Positions 1 through 12,155 of a DNA stretch of 64,000 nt are shown piece by piece; the stretch's first letter is position 1; each line of letters opens with the position of its first letter. The position numbers and the translations under genes were made by a program. The notes below the pieces were generated by a model. It did no database searches. It worked only from the letters and a program-made list of their open reading frames with translations, and was not told the origin of the DNA. The DNA is from Leucoraja ocellata. Taxonomy: Eukaryota. The stretch covers positions 248,001 through 312,000 of the forward strand of contig JAWMAR010000700.1 in assembly GCA_036785375.1 (NCBI GenBank). Reading direction: 5' to 3'.

Positions 1-140
1 TAGCCTGTCCAATCCCTTAAGAATTTTGTAAGTTTCTATAAGATCCCCTCTCAATCTCCTAAATTCTAGAGAGTATAAACCAAGTCTATCCAGTCTTTCT
101 TCATAAGACAGCCCTGACATCCCAGGAATCAGTCTGGTGA
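1..140 (-). mobile_element. CR1-type LINE fragment (ORF2 3' region), continues off the left edge
   Basis: Reverse complement closely matches 1994-2133 of the adjacent plus-strand CR1, with several substitutions. Confidence 0.9.
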
Positions 141-2385
141 GGAAGGGTTAGTTAGCAGTCTTATTGTGCGTGGCCCATTGGGCAAGAGTGACCATAATAT
201 GGTTGAGTTCTTCATTAGGATGGAGAGTGACATCGTTAATTCAGAAACAAGGGTCCTGAACTTAAAGAAAGGTAACTTTGAGGGTACGAGACGTGAATTG
301 GCCAAGATAGACTGGCGATTGATTCTTAATGGGTTGACAGTGGATATGCAATGGAAGGCATTTAATGACTGCATGGATGAACTACAACAATTGTTCATCC
401 CAGTTTGGCAAAAAAATAAATCAGGGAAGGTAGTGCATCCGTGGATAACAAGGGAAATCAGGGATAGTATCAAAACAAACGATGAAGCGTACAAATTAGC
501 CAGAAAAAGCAGCCTACCAGAGGACTGGGAGAAATTCAGAGAGAGGCAGAGAAGGACAAAGGGATAAATTAGGAAAGGGAAAATAGATTATGAAAGAAAA
601 CTGGCAGGGAACATAAAAACTGACTGCAAAAGCTTTTATAGATATGTGAAGAGAAAAAGATTAGTTAAAACAAATGTAGGTCCCTTGCAGTCAGAAATGG
701 GTGAATTGATCATGGGGAACAAGGACATGGCAGACCAATTGAATAACTACTTTAGTTCTGTCTTCACTAAGGAAGACATAAATAATCTGCCGGAAATAGC
801 AGGGGACCGGGGGTCAAATGAGATGGAGGAACTGAGTGAAATCCAGGTTAGCCGGGAAGTGGTGTTAGGTAAATTGAATGGATTAAAGGCCGATAAATCC
901 CCAGGGCCAGATAGGCTGCATCCCAGAGTACTTAAGGAAGTAGCCCCAGAAATAGTGGATGCATTAGTGATAATTTTTCAAAACTCTTTAGATTCTGGAG
1001 TAGTTCCTGAGGATTGGAGGGTAGCTAATGTAACACCACTTTTTAAAAAGGGAGGGAGAGAGAAAACGGGGAATTACAGACCAGTTAGTCTAATGTCGGT
1101 AGTGGGGAAACTGCTAGAATCAGTTATTGAAGATGGGATAGCAGCACATTTGGAAAGTGGTGAAATCATTGGACAAAGTCAGCATGGATTTATGAAGGGT
1201 AAATCATGTCTGACGAATCTTATAGAATTTTTCGAGGATGTAACTAGTAGAGTGGATAAGGGAGAACCAGTGGATGTGTTATATCTGGACTTTCAGAAGG
1301 CTTTCGACAAGGTCCCACATAAGAGATTAGTATGCAAACTTAAAGCACACGGTATTGGGGGTTCAGTATTGATGTGGATAGAGAACTGGCTGGCAGATAG
1401 GAAGCAAAGAGTAGGAGTAAACGGGTCCTCTTCACAATGACAGGCAGTGACTAGTGGGGTACCGCAAGGCTCAGTTCTGGGACCCCAGCTATTTACGATA
1501 TATATTAATGATTTGGACGAGGGAATTGAATGCAACATCTCCAAGTTTGCGGATGACACGAAGCTGGGGGGCAGTGTTAGCTGTGAGGAGGATGCTAGGA
1601 GGCTGCAAGGTGACTTGGATAGGCTGGGTGAGTGGGCAAATGCATGGCAGATGCAGTATAATGTGGATAAATGTGAGGTTATCCACTTTGGTGGCAAAAA
1701 CAGGAAAGTAGATTATTATCTGAATGGTGGCCGATTAGGAAAGGGGGAGATGCAACGAGACCTGGGTGTCATGGTACACCAGTCATTAAAAGTTGGCATG
1801 CAGGTGCAGCAGGCAGTGATGAAGGCGAATGGTATGTTAGCATTCATAGCAAAAGGATTTGAGTATAGGAGCAGGGACGTTCTACTGCAGTTGTACAGGG
1901 TCTTGGTGAGACCACACCTGGAGTATTGCGTACAGTTTTGGTCTAGTGATCTGAGGAAAGACATTCTTGCCATAGAGGGAGTACAGAGAAGGTTCACCAG
2001 ACTGATTCCTGGGATGTCAGGACTTTCATATGAAGAAAGACTGGATAGACTCGGTTTGTACTCGCTAGAATTTAGAAGATTGAGGGGGGATCTTATAGAA
2101 ACTTACAAAATTCTTAAGAAGTTGGACAGGCTAGATGCAGGAAGATTGTTCCCGATGTTGGGGAAGTCCAGAACAAGGGGTCACAGTTTAAGGATAAGAG
2201 GGAAATCTTTTAGGACCGAGATGAGGAAAACATTTTTCACACAGAGAGTGGTGAATCTCTGGAATTCTCTCCCGCAGAAGGTAGTTGAGGGCAGTTCATT
2301 GGCTATATTTAAGAGGGAGTTAGATGTGGCCCTTGTGGCTAAATGGATCAGGGGGTATGGAGAGAAAGCAGGTACAGGATTCTGA
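139..2385 (+). pseudogene. CR1 ORF2 (endonuclease C-terminus plus reverse transcriptase), one frame, two nonsense codons
   Basis: ORFs 166-567, 646-1440 and 1447-2385 share one frame; stops TAA 565-567 and TGA 1438-1440; motifs [38 protein letters not shown]. Confidence 0.95.
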
Positions 2386-2480
2386 GTTGGATGATCAGCC
2401 ATGATCATATTGAATGGCGGTGCAGGCTCGAAGGGCCGAATGGCCTACTCCTGCACCTATTTTCTATGTTTCTATGTTTC
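141..2480 (+). mobile_element. 5'-truncated CR1-clade LINE (HER1-like)
   Basis: ORF2 from the endonuclease C-terminus (PLGKSDHN) through RT; 3' UTR hairpin GGTGCAGG...CCTGCACC; (TTTCTATG)n tail. Confidence 0.95.
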
Positions 2481-2599
2481 AAAATGCAGGCTAAATAGTA
2501 TTACAAGTCACAACACAGTACAGGAATTTGAGGACACTGGCTGATAGTTTGCTCACTTCATCAGCATGGTTCTGTATATGGCTGCTCAAAATAGGATTC

Positions 2600-2760
2600 A
2601 CAGCCAAACTGATAGAATGCAGTACTTGAGGAGTAGTGTTTATAAGGAATGTGGTTTTTGCCCTTCAATGTATAATTCAACATATTTTGAGAAAGATATT
2701 AAAGTATTAGAGAAGTTACAGCAGAGGACAACTAAATTGACAGAGGAAGTAGAACACAAT
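2600..2760 (+). mobile_element. Ancient CR1/L2-like ORF2 C-terminal remnant
   Basis: Translation FEKDIKVLEKLQQRTTKL resembles LRKDILAIEGVQRRFTRL of the adjacent CR1. Confidence 0.5.
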
Positions 2761-5700
2761 TAAGTGGTCAGAAATTGAAATGTCCACCGTTGATATGGAG
2801 AATTATGTAATCACTCTCAAATTCTCCATAATGCAATAATTGATATACAGCATTAGGTCCTGTAATATGTCTAACAGACTAATAAACGGCACACAATTAT
2901 GATGTCACACGTGGGTCAAGTAATAACCATCCCCCACAAGAGGCAATCTAAATATTAAATAATGGCAGCTAATGGGGGCGCCATCAATACTTTACCCCAT
3001 CACCTCTACTGATGGCCATAAATTGTAATAACCACAAAAGTACTGTGGCTAAAAGAAATAATATTTTCTATGGCAAGTGATTCATCTGATATTCCAAAGC
3101 TTTGCCTTCACTACAAGACATAAGCCAGAGTTGAGATAAAATATTTTCAACTTGCTTAGATGAACCTAACTCTAATAACCTTCAAGAGGAATAACAAAAA
3201 CCAGGACAGAGCCATTCACTTGATCGCTGCCCCATGCAGCACAAACCTATATCTCTCTTCTACATCAGTGCCTTGTCCACAATGTGTACAGAAGTAAGTT
3301 ATCAATGCTCCAAATGCATCATCTAAACTTAGACCACCTACTGCCTAGAATGGAAAGGGCAACACTTACACTGGAACACCACCACCTACAACTCCTTAAT
3401 AAACACTACCGTGGGAATAACATCAGCATATATATTGCAGATATTTAACGTGACAGCTCATCATGACCTTATCAAAAACAAAAAATCGGAGTTAACCATA
3501 AATATCAGTTTACCCGGACACGTCTAAAGAAATTATAAATTAAATTTAGCTACAAGATATGCTTAGATCACAGGGGCTGGCAAATGAAAAGATAAATGCT
3601 TAGATTGGTCTTATATGAATGTGCAAGAACTCGTTCAATGTTGGTTTGGATTCTGGCAGCAAATGACAAGAAAGCCAAGATTTCCAAGCACACATAGTCA
3701 GACTTGGAAATACCAAATTAATTTGATGACAGTTTAATGTGCTCCCTTGGAAACCAATGGTTAAGTCCACCTCGCTTAAATTATCCCAACATTAACATTG
3801 GGAAAATTGGATCCTGGATCCAACCAGTGCCTAGTCAGATCCATTGATTTAATTGGACTCCATTGATTTTAAGGAGGCCTGTACAGCTTTCCAAGGGCAA
3901 ACAAAATTAAAATGAAATAGTTTCTTAAATATTATTTTGGTTATGTTCAATGTTTTTGTAATTTAGGTTTTTAAGGATACTATTATATTTATGATAAATC
4001 AAATAATAACATTTTATTCATTTTCATTTTTAATTTAGTGCTTCTGAGTTTCACAGATACAAAGGCTCTCACCTTTGACTGCTGATCAAGCAGGGGCTTT
4101 TCTGACTGCCGAGGCTTTCAAGAAATTTAATAATTTAAATGTTTCTGAATGTTGGAGAGGAAAAAAAACCTGAGATTTCATTGCTAGTAAGATTAAAACA
4201 AAGCTTCTCCCATGTGTCCTCGGAGGCCCTGGTGCCACTCAGGCTCTGTCAGTGGAGTCTGAGAGACTGCCAGTCCTTGAGGTAAACCTCAAAGATCTGC
4301 ACCAGTTACGTTTGCACATGTGTGACCCCTGGTGGCAACTGTGGGCTGTAGGCTGTCCCATGAATGTATGACCCAATCTGCTGTTAACGATCACAGATTC
4401 TTTATTAAAAAAATAAGGCTTCAAAATAGGTTAACGCAAAGACAGTTTATGTTTCCATAATTAGATCCAGCGTCTGGTGGGTGGATTGAACGGATCTTCC
4501 AATAGTCCATTAGGAATTGATTGTATCAAAAATATTATTTGCTTGAGGGAAAAAAAAATCACTGTTAAAACCAATCACTATTTTCAATGCGATGAAACAG
4601 CAAGTTTTACTGCAACATTAGTTTTTGGGCTTGTACCTTCTGATGCTGACAATTCATAAAGATTCCTACCAGAAAATATCAGTTTGATAAACAGGTTTTA
4701 TGAATGTGGCAAAGTTGAAGTTTAAAATGCAGAGGCAGCTTTGGTTTTTGTCATTATAAATTAAATTAAAAAAAACGAATTGTTAGACATTCAAAAATAC
4801 TTTATTGGAAGGATAGATATTAACAATTGAACATTTTTCAATCAATCTCGCACATAGCTGAACTGCACTGGAAAATGAATGAATAGAAAATCAAATGTTT
4901 TCAGAAGCACCAACATTACATTTGCAAGGATCAGAGTAGTATTCGGTTCTTTAGATTTATTCCCTGATATCTTCTTTCTAAACATAATTGCAGGAAATTA
5001 GTTTAACAACTTAGGATATACACATGAGTGTTTGGAGCTACTTACTAGATTTAATTTTGTAGATCATGTCTTGCACTCTCCTGGAACATAGATTTGTGAA
5101 CTAGTTGGCCTGCAATATTTTTCAGTCCATTTTTAATTTTCCATCTCTCTCAAGCTGCTGTAGCTTGGCTCATGACTATAGCCTGACAAGTTTCACAGCA
5201 TTGCAAGTTCCAGAGTAAAACAAATGTGACTACCGTCTTCTTAAATATAAAAAAGCTGCTAAAGTTTGTTTTCTTATTGCAGCACTACAGAAAAAAAATA
5301 ATCAGCGGTACTTACTCTGAATTGTTTGTGCCAGTATTATCAAAGAAAAAGTACTATTGCGAAGGGAAAGTGGAGGGAAAAGGAAAGACTATGAGCCTTA
5401 ATTCACCTCTGCAAGCTATCTCAGAAAGCTAAAGATTGAGGTTGATTATTTTACAGTTTTTATTGTACTATTTTTCTTAAAACTGTTCCAGTAAATAGAA
5501 TCTTACTTAATCCAACCTATGAAATATTAATTATTGCTTATATTTCCACTTGCAAGTTACCAACATTGATGAAAATAACATTGTAGCTTTCAGTCCGTAA
5601 ATTCTAGTCGATACAGCACCATATCTTTGCCTGAAGGAATTTTTTATTGGCATAGTTAGAGCCAAGGTTTTTCCATTCCTACTCTGTGTGGATTTAATAG

Positions 5701-6238
5701 ATACAGCGGAGAGTGCAGCCTTAAAACAATTGGCTGCTGTAATTAGTTAACCTCCTTTAAATCAAAACAAATAGATATTTAGCCTGCAAGAATTCAGCTA
5801 TATAACCATCCATTACTTTGGGCAAACACGTAATCCAACTTAAATCAACTAAAACATTTCTCATTATAATAAATTCTATAATGTTAAAAAACATTGCAGA
5901 AAGTTCCATGCATTATATTAAATGCATAAATAAAAATACCTGTTTTTTTCAAGAACTAAATGCAGAAAACTGTATTAAATAAGTTACACACGGCATTTAT
6001 TTTGCTTGTTCATATTATCGCATTATTACACTGGCTGAAGTAAAAACATTGTTTAGTACTCTGGCAAATAATCATACTACATAATTAACTTCTAATCATT
6101 GCTTCCAAAACAGAGTGTAACCATAATTTGTGTTAGTTGCTGTTCAACACATTACTGCACAAAGCTAATTTGAACTGAATCTTCAAGGCTATCAGCAGGG
6201 GTCCTACATAATGAGTGACCATTATCACTTAAATATAG

Positions 6239-6409
6239 ATAGTCACAAAATGCTGGAGTAACTCAGTGGGTCAGGCAGCATCTCTGGAGAAAAGGAATAG
6301 GTGACATTTTGGGTCAAAACCCTTCATCAGACCGCCTGACCTGCTGGGTTACTCCAGCATTTTGTGTCTACCTTTTGTGTAAACCAGCATCTGTAGTTGC
6401 TTCCGACAC
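6239..6409. mobile_element. Short fold-back Penelope-derived insertion with 15-bp TSD
   Basis: TSD ATCACTTAAATATAG at 6224-6238 and 6410-6424; inverted arms (cacaaaatgctggagtaac / gttactccagcattttgtg); decayed hammerhead core at about 6299-6333 (-). Confidence 0.85.
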
Positions 6410-6544
6410 ATCACTTAAATATAGCCTGTTCTTCTTATTGCGGTTGCAAAGGCACAAGAAACTGCAATTGCTGGGTTGCACTAAAAAACACAAAGTGCTG
6501 GAGTAAATCAGCAAGTCAGGCAGCACTGCTCAAGAACATGGATA

Positions 6545-6578
6545 GCTGACGTTTCAGGTCAGGACCTTTCTTCAGACT
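6545..6578 (-). ncRNA. Minimal type I hammerhead ribozyme motif
   Basis: Minus strand reads agu CUGAAGA A AGGUC-cu-GACCU GAAAC GUC agc: intact core and complementary stem II arms; stem I weak. Confidence 0.7.
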
Positions 6579-6633
6579 GTAGTGGGAGGAGAAAGCTGGA
6601 AGAGAGGTGGGAGCAGGACAAGAAATAGATGGA

Positions 6634-7101
6634 AGGTACACAAAAAAGCTGGAGAAACTCAGCGGGTGCAGCAGCATCTATGGAGCGAAGGAAATAGGCA
6701 ACGTTTCGGGCCAAAACCCTTCTTCAACAAATTTTTCCATTCTTCTTCAATTACCTCTTTCACTCCTCTTCCTTTTTTTTTTCTTTTTTTTATTTTAGTT
6801 TTCTTTTTCCTTCTTCCCTCTCTCTATTTCATCTATCCCTTTAGCTCTATCTAGTTATAAAAAAAACGAAGAAAAATGCAAAAAGTATTGGAGACAATGT
6901 AATAATAACTGACAATATTATCAATTTAAAAATGTAAGACAGTAATGATGTAATAGATTATGTACCTATCTCCAATAATAAAAAAAAAAAAAAACCCTTC
7001 TTCAGACATCCCTCGCTCCATAGATGCTGCTGCACCCGCTGATTTTCTCCAGCATTTTTGTCTACCTTCGATTTTCCAGCATCTGCAGTTCCTTCTTAAA
7101 C
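6634..7101. mobile_element. Nested fold-back Penelope-derived insertion with 16-bp TSD
   Basis: TSD ACAAGAAATAGATGGA at 6618-6633 and 7102-7117; inverted arms (cagcgggtgcagcagcatctatggagcga / tcgctccatagatgctgctgcacccgctg). Confidence 0.9.
6727..6990 (+). mobile_element. Poly(A)-tailed retroposed insert (probably an L1-type 3' UTR) with 14-bp TSD
   Basis: TSD AAAACCCTTCTTCA at 6713-6726 and 6991-7004; ends aataataaaaaaaaaaa; AAAA at the target start fits L1 endonuclease preference. Confidence 0.8.
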
Positions 7102-7286
7102 ACAAGAAATAGATGGATGCAGGTGAGGTGAGTTTTTCATCGGCCTATATTGGACAAAGGCAGATGAAATGACAAAATGTGAGAATAGGAGCTGAGGATA
7201 GATGAGGCGTGAAATGTGAAGTGAGAGGAAGGAAATTAGGTGGAAGGGGTAAAGAGAGCAACCAAATGAACTACCAGGAGTTGGTG

Positions 7287-7453
7287 TTTAAGAAGGAACT
7301 GCAGATGCTGGAAAATCGAAGGTAGACAAAAATGCTGGAAAAAATCAGCGGGTGCAGCAGCAACTATGGAGCGAGGGAAATAGGCAACGTTTTGGGCAGA
7401 AACCCTTCTTCAGACATAGCACCCGCTGAGTTTCCTCAGCATTTTTGTCTACC
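7287..7453. mobile_element. Nested fold-back Penelope-derived insertion
   Basis: Direct repeat CTACCAGGAGTTGGTG at 7271-7286 and 7449-7464 (partly overlapping the element end); hammerhead core with G12>A at about 7383-7415 (-). Confidence 0.85.
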
Positions 7454-7949
7454 AGGAGTTGGTGGACCAAGAACAACTGTTCAGCAAAATGGTCGCCTAG
7501 TTTACGCTTGGTCTCGCTGATGTAAAGGTGGTCACACCGGCAGCACCAAATGCGGCAGATGCGGTTAGAGGAGGTGCATATCAACCTCTGTCTTACCTGG
7601 TAGAACCATTGGGGTCTTTGGATGGATGAGAGGTAAGAGGTATAGTGCCAGGTGTTTCATCTCCTGTGGTTTCTATATAGCATCATCATCATATCATCAT
7701 ATCTATCTTCTACATTACTAAAAGTCTGTTCTTGACCGGTTTTGGCCATCTGTGCTGCGATTTCAGAGAGAACGCCGCCACCTACGGCCGTCATTTTTGG
7801 CCACTTTGCTCAGAGCCCCCCTCCGCCGCATGTGTGCCAAGGATTTTTCCCGTTGATGAAAATTGACAGATATCTTAATGTTTTTACAAAATTCCCCATT
7901 CTCTCTGCTGCCCCATGCTGGAGGGAGGGGGAGGGACTATAAAACCAGG

Positions 7950-8050
7950 AAGTGGTGTGCCTCAATCAGTCTCTGCAAGTGGTGTGCCTCAATCAGTCTC
8001 TGCAAGTGGTGTGCCTCATTCAGTCTCTGTAAGTGGTGTGCCTCAATCAG
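7950..8050 (+). repeat. 27-bp minisatellite (about 3.7 copies) inside the Helitron
   Basis: Unit AAGTGGTGTGCCTCAATCAGTCTCTGC. Confidence 0.95.
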
Positions 8051-8061
8051 AGCTCTGAATG

Positions 8062-8618
8062 TTAACATAGGTAAAACTGAAATCAAAGACATTATTAAGC
8101 AAATACTGAAGGAAAGATGGCAAAAGCAATGGGAGGAAGAGCGGAAAGGACGGTGGTTCTACAGAGTCCAGAGGAAAGTGGGAGAAATGAGATGTGCAGG
8201 AAAAAACAGAAAAGAGACAGTAATTTCAAGAATTAGATTTGGACACTGGTCTGAACAGTACACTTTTTATAATAGGCAAGCATAATACAGGCAGATGAGA
8301 ATACTGTGGGCAAGAAGAAACAATAGAGCATGTCATTGTACATTGTGAGAGGTATGAGGAGGAGAGAGGACGGATGAGTGAGCAGTTCAGAAAAGAAAGA
8401 GTACAATTTGATTTGATAGATATTTTGCAAGGGAGTTCAAATAAGTGCTATCAAATCCTGTTGCTTATCTTAGGGTAACCAATTTGTTCGGAAGGATATA
8501 GGTTATTAGTATATGTAATGGTGTTGTTTGATCCACACTCCATGCCAGTTGGTGGCGGTAATGCACCAAAAAAGTTGTTTGCCAACCGCCAATAAACACT
8601 ACATAGAAGAAGAAGAAG
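8062..8618 (+). mobile_element. Nimb/I-group LINE 3' fragment inserted in the Helitron
   Basis: Peptide WQKQWEEERKGRWFY..ISRIRFGH followed by a decayed C-terminal Cys/His knuckle (YCGQEETIEHVIVHC); AATAAA then (GAA)n tail; TSD GCTCTGAATG at 8052-8061 and 8620-8629. Confidence 0.75.
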
Positions 8619-9134
8619 GGCTCTGAATGACACTGAACAAATGTCTACAGCACTGTGAGTACCCTTAATTTGGTTTGAAAATGAAATTATGCTTAGAGGT
8701 AAAAAAGCACTACCTGCAAATGTTTTTTTGGGTTGAAGTCAAAAGGCACTCTCTCTCTCTTCCCCACCTCTCCTCTCCCCCCCTCTCCCACCCCCCCCAT
8801 CCTCTCCCCCCCTTCTCTCTCTCCCCTCTTTTTCTCCCCCTCCTCCCCTCCATCCCCTCCCCCACCGACCCTCCCCTAAACCCCCCTCCTCTCCACACAC
8901 CCCTACCCCCTTCCCTCCACCCTCCCTCCCCACCTGCTCCCCACCTCTCCCCCGCCCCTCATCTCACCCCCCTCTCAGCACCCCTCTCTCCTCCCCCCTC
9001 TCTCCCCTCCTCCCCTCCATTAGCGTGAGTGCGGGGGGGGGGGGGGGTAGTTAGTGTGTAACGCTGCATGCCGCCTCCCGCCCCCACAACCGCACGTTGG
9101 GGGAACAGACTCAACGGGTCTGCACTTGGTCTAG

Positions 9135-9886
9135 TATATTACTAAATCTCTGATCTTGACCGCTTTTGGCTGACTGCGCTGCGATTTCCGAGAGAACGCC
9201 TCCACCTACGGCCGTCATTTTTGGAAACCTCGCTCAGAGCCCCCCTCCGGCATATGAGTGCGGAGGATTTTTTCCGTCGATGAAAAATGAGAGATATTAA
9301 TGTTTTTACAAAATTCCCCATTCTCTCTGCTGACCCGCTGGCGGCAGGGGGAGGGCCTATAAAACCAGGAAGTGTCGTGCCTCACTCAGTCTCTGCCAGA
9401 CACAGGAAGCGAGAGGGTCACAGCTCTCTGAGCTGCGAATAACACTGCACGCACGTCTACTCCACGGTGAGTCCCCTCGATGCAGGTGTAAAGTGGCTGC
9501 AGCCCTTTTCAAAAAGTTTATGTTCACAAAATGTATTTTGTTTGTCGAGTGTCTGCAGCCCAATTGTTTGCCTCGTCATTTTAACAAGTTTGTGTTCACA
9601 AAATGAATTTGGTTGTCGGGTATCTGCAGCCCAATTGTTTGCCTTGGCTTGGCTTTTTAAATCGTTGTAACAGTTGGATGCCTGCCCAAGCATCTATACG
9701 GCCCACAATGTCTATACTAGCCCTCTGGAAACAGTACCTTCAGCCCGCAACACCATACTAGCGTAACAGACAGCCCCCCCCCCCCCACTGGCGAGCAGTA
9801 TTGGAATTGGTGGAGAGGCGGAATATTGCGTTGGTGACCAGCCCTCCCATGTGATGCTGGAACCCAATGGGTCCCACTTAGTCTAG
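9135..9886 (+). mobile_element. Non-autonomous Helitron, unit 2
   Basis: First 250 bp similar to unit 1; 3' hairpin GGAACCC-AAT-GGGTCCC (9859-9875) and CTAG 9883-9886. Confidence 0.8.
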
Positions 9887-10149
9887 TACTTATTAAAAGT
9901 CTGATCTTGTAAGTGTGTGTGTCTGTGTGAATATGTGGTTGTCTACATCTTCACAAAAACACTACACGGTAACGATCACATTTTTACATATTCTGATTGA
10001 CATTTTTCCCCTCAAGGCAGATACCACCTTCACTGAACATTTTATGCTTCATTTCATGCTTTATTTCTCAACTCACTACTGATTACATTTTAAAAAGTCA
10101 AAAGACTTTGAATTTAAAACGACCAGCTTCAACTGATGACATCACAATG

Positions 10150-10404
10150 GAGACGAGGATACACTTTTTCTCACAGATAGTGGTGAGTCTGTGGAATTCT
10201 CTGCCTCAGAGGGTGGTGCAGGCAGGTTCTCTGGATGCTTTCAAGAGAGAGCTAGATAGGGCTCTTAAAAATAGCAGTCAGGGGATATGGGGAGAGGGCA
10301 GGAACGGGGTACTGATTAGGTATGATCAGCCATGATCACATTGAATGGCGGTGCTGGCTCGAAGGGCCAAATGGCCTACTCCTGCACCTATTATCTATTG
10401 TCTA
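10150..10404 (+). mobile_element. CR1 3' fragment
   Basis: FFSQIVVSLWNSLP..FKRELD peptide plus CR1 3' UTR hairpin. Confidence 0.9.
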
Positions 10405-10602
10405 ATTTTCCATAGTCTGATTCACATTTTTTCCCCTCTAGGCAGAGATAACCTTTACTGACATGTTATGCTTTATTTCTCAAATTATTACTGATTAAAG
10501 TTCAAAAAAATCAAAAGACTTTGAATTTAAAATAACCAGATTCAACTGATGATGTCACAGTGGCTCAGCTAGCAATGTTCAGCTTCACTGAAGATTTTAA
10601 AA

Positions 10603-12155
10603 GTCAAGTCAAGTCAAGTCAAGAGAGTTTTATTATCATGTGTCCCAGATGGGACAATGACATTCTTACCTGCTGCAGCATAACAGAATATGTAAACATA
10701 ATACAGAACGGGAGATAAAGTTCAGTGTGTCTATAGAGCATGGACCATATATACACAATAAGTAAACAGATTAAGTGCAATAGTAATAATAGACTGTTAT
10801 TGTTCAGAGCTTATTTGATGTTGTGTTTAATGGCCTGATGGCTGTGGGGAAGTAGCTGTTCCTGAACCTGGATGTTACAGATTTCAGGCTCCTGTACTTC
10901 CTTCCCGATACAGAGACATAAGTGTGTGGCCAGGATGATGTGGGTCTTTGATAATGTTGGCAGCCTTTTTGAGGCAACGGCTGCGATAGATCCTTTCGAT
11001 GGTGGGGAGGTCAGAGCCGGTGATGGACCTGGCAGTGGTCACAACTTTCTGCATTATTTTCCGCTCTCTACTGTGCACCTGTAGAAGTTCGAGAAGGCCC
11101 TCCTTGACACACCGACTCTCCATAATCTTCGCATGAAGTAGAGGCACTGATGTGCCTTCTTTACAATTGCATCAATGTGCAGGGATCAGGAAAGATTTTT
11201 GGAAATATGCACACCCAGGAATTTGAATTTGTTTAACCTTTCCACCATATAAACGGGATTGTGGGTCCCTAACCTACCCCTTCCAAAGTTCACAATCAAT
11301 TCCTTGGTTTTGCTGGTGTTGAAAGCTAAGTTATTGTGCTGGCACCATTTGGTCAATCGGTCGATCTCACTTCTCTACTCTGACTCATCAGCATCTGAGA
11401 TTCGTCCAACAACAGTGGTGTCGTCGGCGAACTTGGTGATGGAGTTCATACTATGTCCGGCTACACAGCCATGTGTATAGAGTGAGTACAGCAGGGCGCT
11501 CCTGTGCTGATTGTTATCGAGGATGAAATATTTCTACCAATACGGACAGACTGTGGTCTGTGGATGAGGAAGTCGAGGATCCAATTGCAGAGGGATGCGC
11601 AGAGACCCAGATCCGTGAGCTTGGCAATCCGCTTGGAAGGGATGATGGTATTAAATACCGAGCTGTAGTCTATGAACAACAGCCTGACACACAGGTTTTT
11701 GTTGGCCAAGGGGTCCAGAGCAGAGTGGAGAGCCAGTGAGATCACATCCACCGTTGACCTGTTGTGGCGGTAAGCGAACTGCAGTGGGTCGAGGTTCTTG
11801 TCGAGGTAGGAGTTGATATGCACCATAATCAACCTCTCAAAGCAATTCATCACCACAAACGTTAGTGCCACTGGTCGATAGTCATTGAGACACGTCACCT
11901 TACTCTTCTTGGGCACTGGTATTATTGATACTCTTTTAAAGCAGGTTGGAACATCATACCTCAGAAGTGAGAGGTTGAAAATGTCCACAAAAACTCCAGT
12001 AAGTTGATCTGCACAGGTTTTGAGAACACGTCCGGGTATACCATCAGGTCCAGGCGCTTTCCGAGGGTTCACCCCTCTGAAGGATCTTCCGACGTCGGCC
12101 TCTGTGACTGTGACTGAAATACCATCATGGTGAACGAGCGCTCGGGAAGGCATCC
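10603..12155 (-). mobile_element. Rex1/Babar-clade LINE, 5'-truncated and decayed
   Basis: RT peptide [43 protein letters not shown] (11461-12153); downstream KFADDTTVVG; (CTTGA)n tail at about 10603-10623. Confidence 0.9.

Larger units (their letters stand above)
6455..7670 (-). mobile_element. Penelope-like element 3' portion (GIY-YIG remnant plus terminal region) hosting nested insertions
   Basis: Minus-strand translation CTSSNRICRIWCCRCDHLYISETKRKLGDHFAE matches the Penelope GIY-YIG pattern (IY..C..C..YIGET.R.L..RF.EH); hammerhead core near its 3' end. Confidence 0.85.
7709..9134 (+). mobile_element. Non-autonomous Helitron, unit 1
   Basis: 5' TCTACATTACTAAAAG; 3' hairpin CAGACTC-AAC-GGGTCTG (9106-9122) followed by CTAG (9131-9134) then T; no TSD. 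Confidence 0.8.

Noticed and set aside
129-2408. Antisense ORFs over CR1 (e.g. 1293-1697, 2181-2408)
   Set aside because: Shadow frames of ORF2, recurring wherever CR1 copies occur.
7950-8050. 27-bp repeats as a CRISPR array
   Set aside because: Contiguous tandem units with no spacers, no cas genes, vertebrate context.
8675-9028. Proline-rich ORF and opposite-strand Gly/Arg-rich ORFs
   Set aside because: Translation of a low-complexity C/T tract inside a Helitron.
9981-10563. About 170-bp direct repeats around a CR1 fragment as a TSD or LTR pair
   Set aside because: Too long and diverged for a TSD, no TG..CA ends; better read as an internal Helitron tandem duplication.
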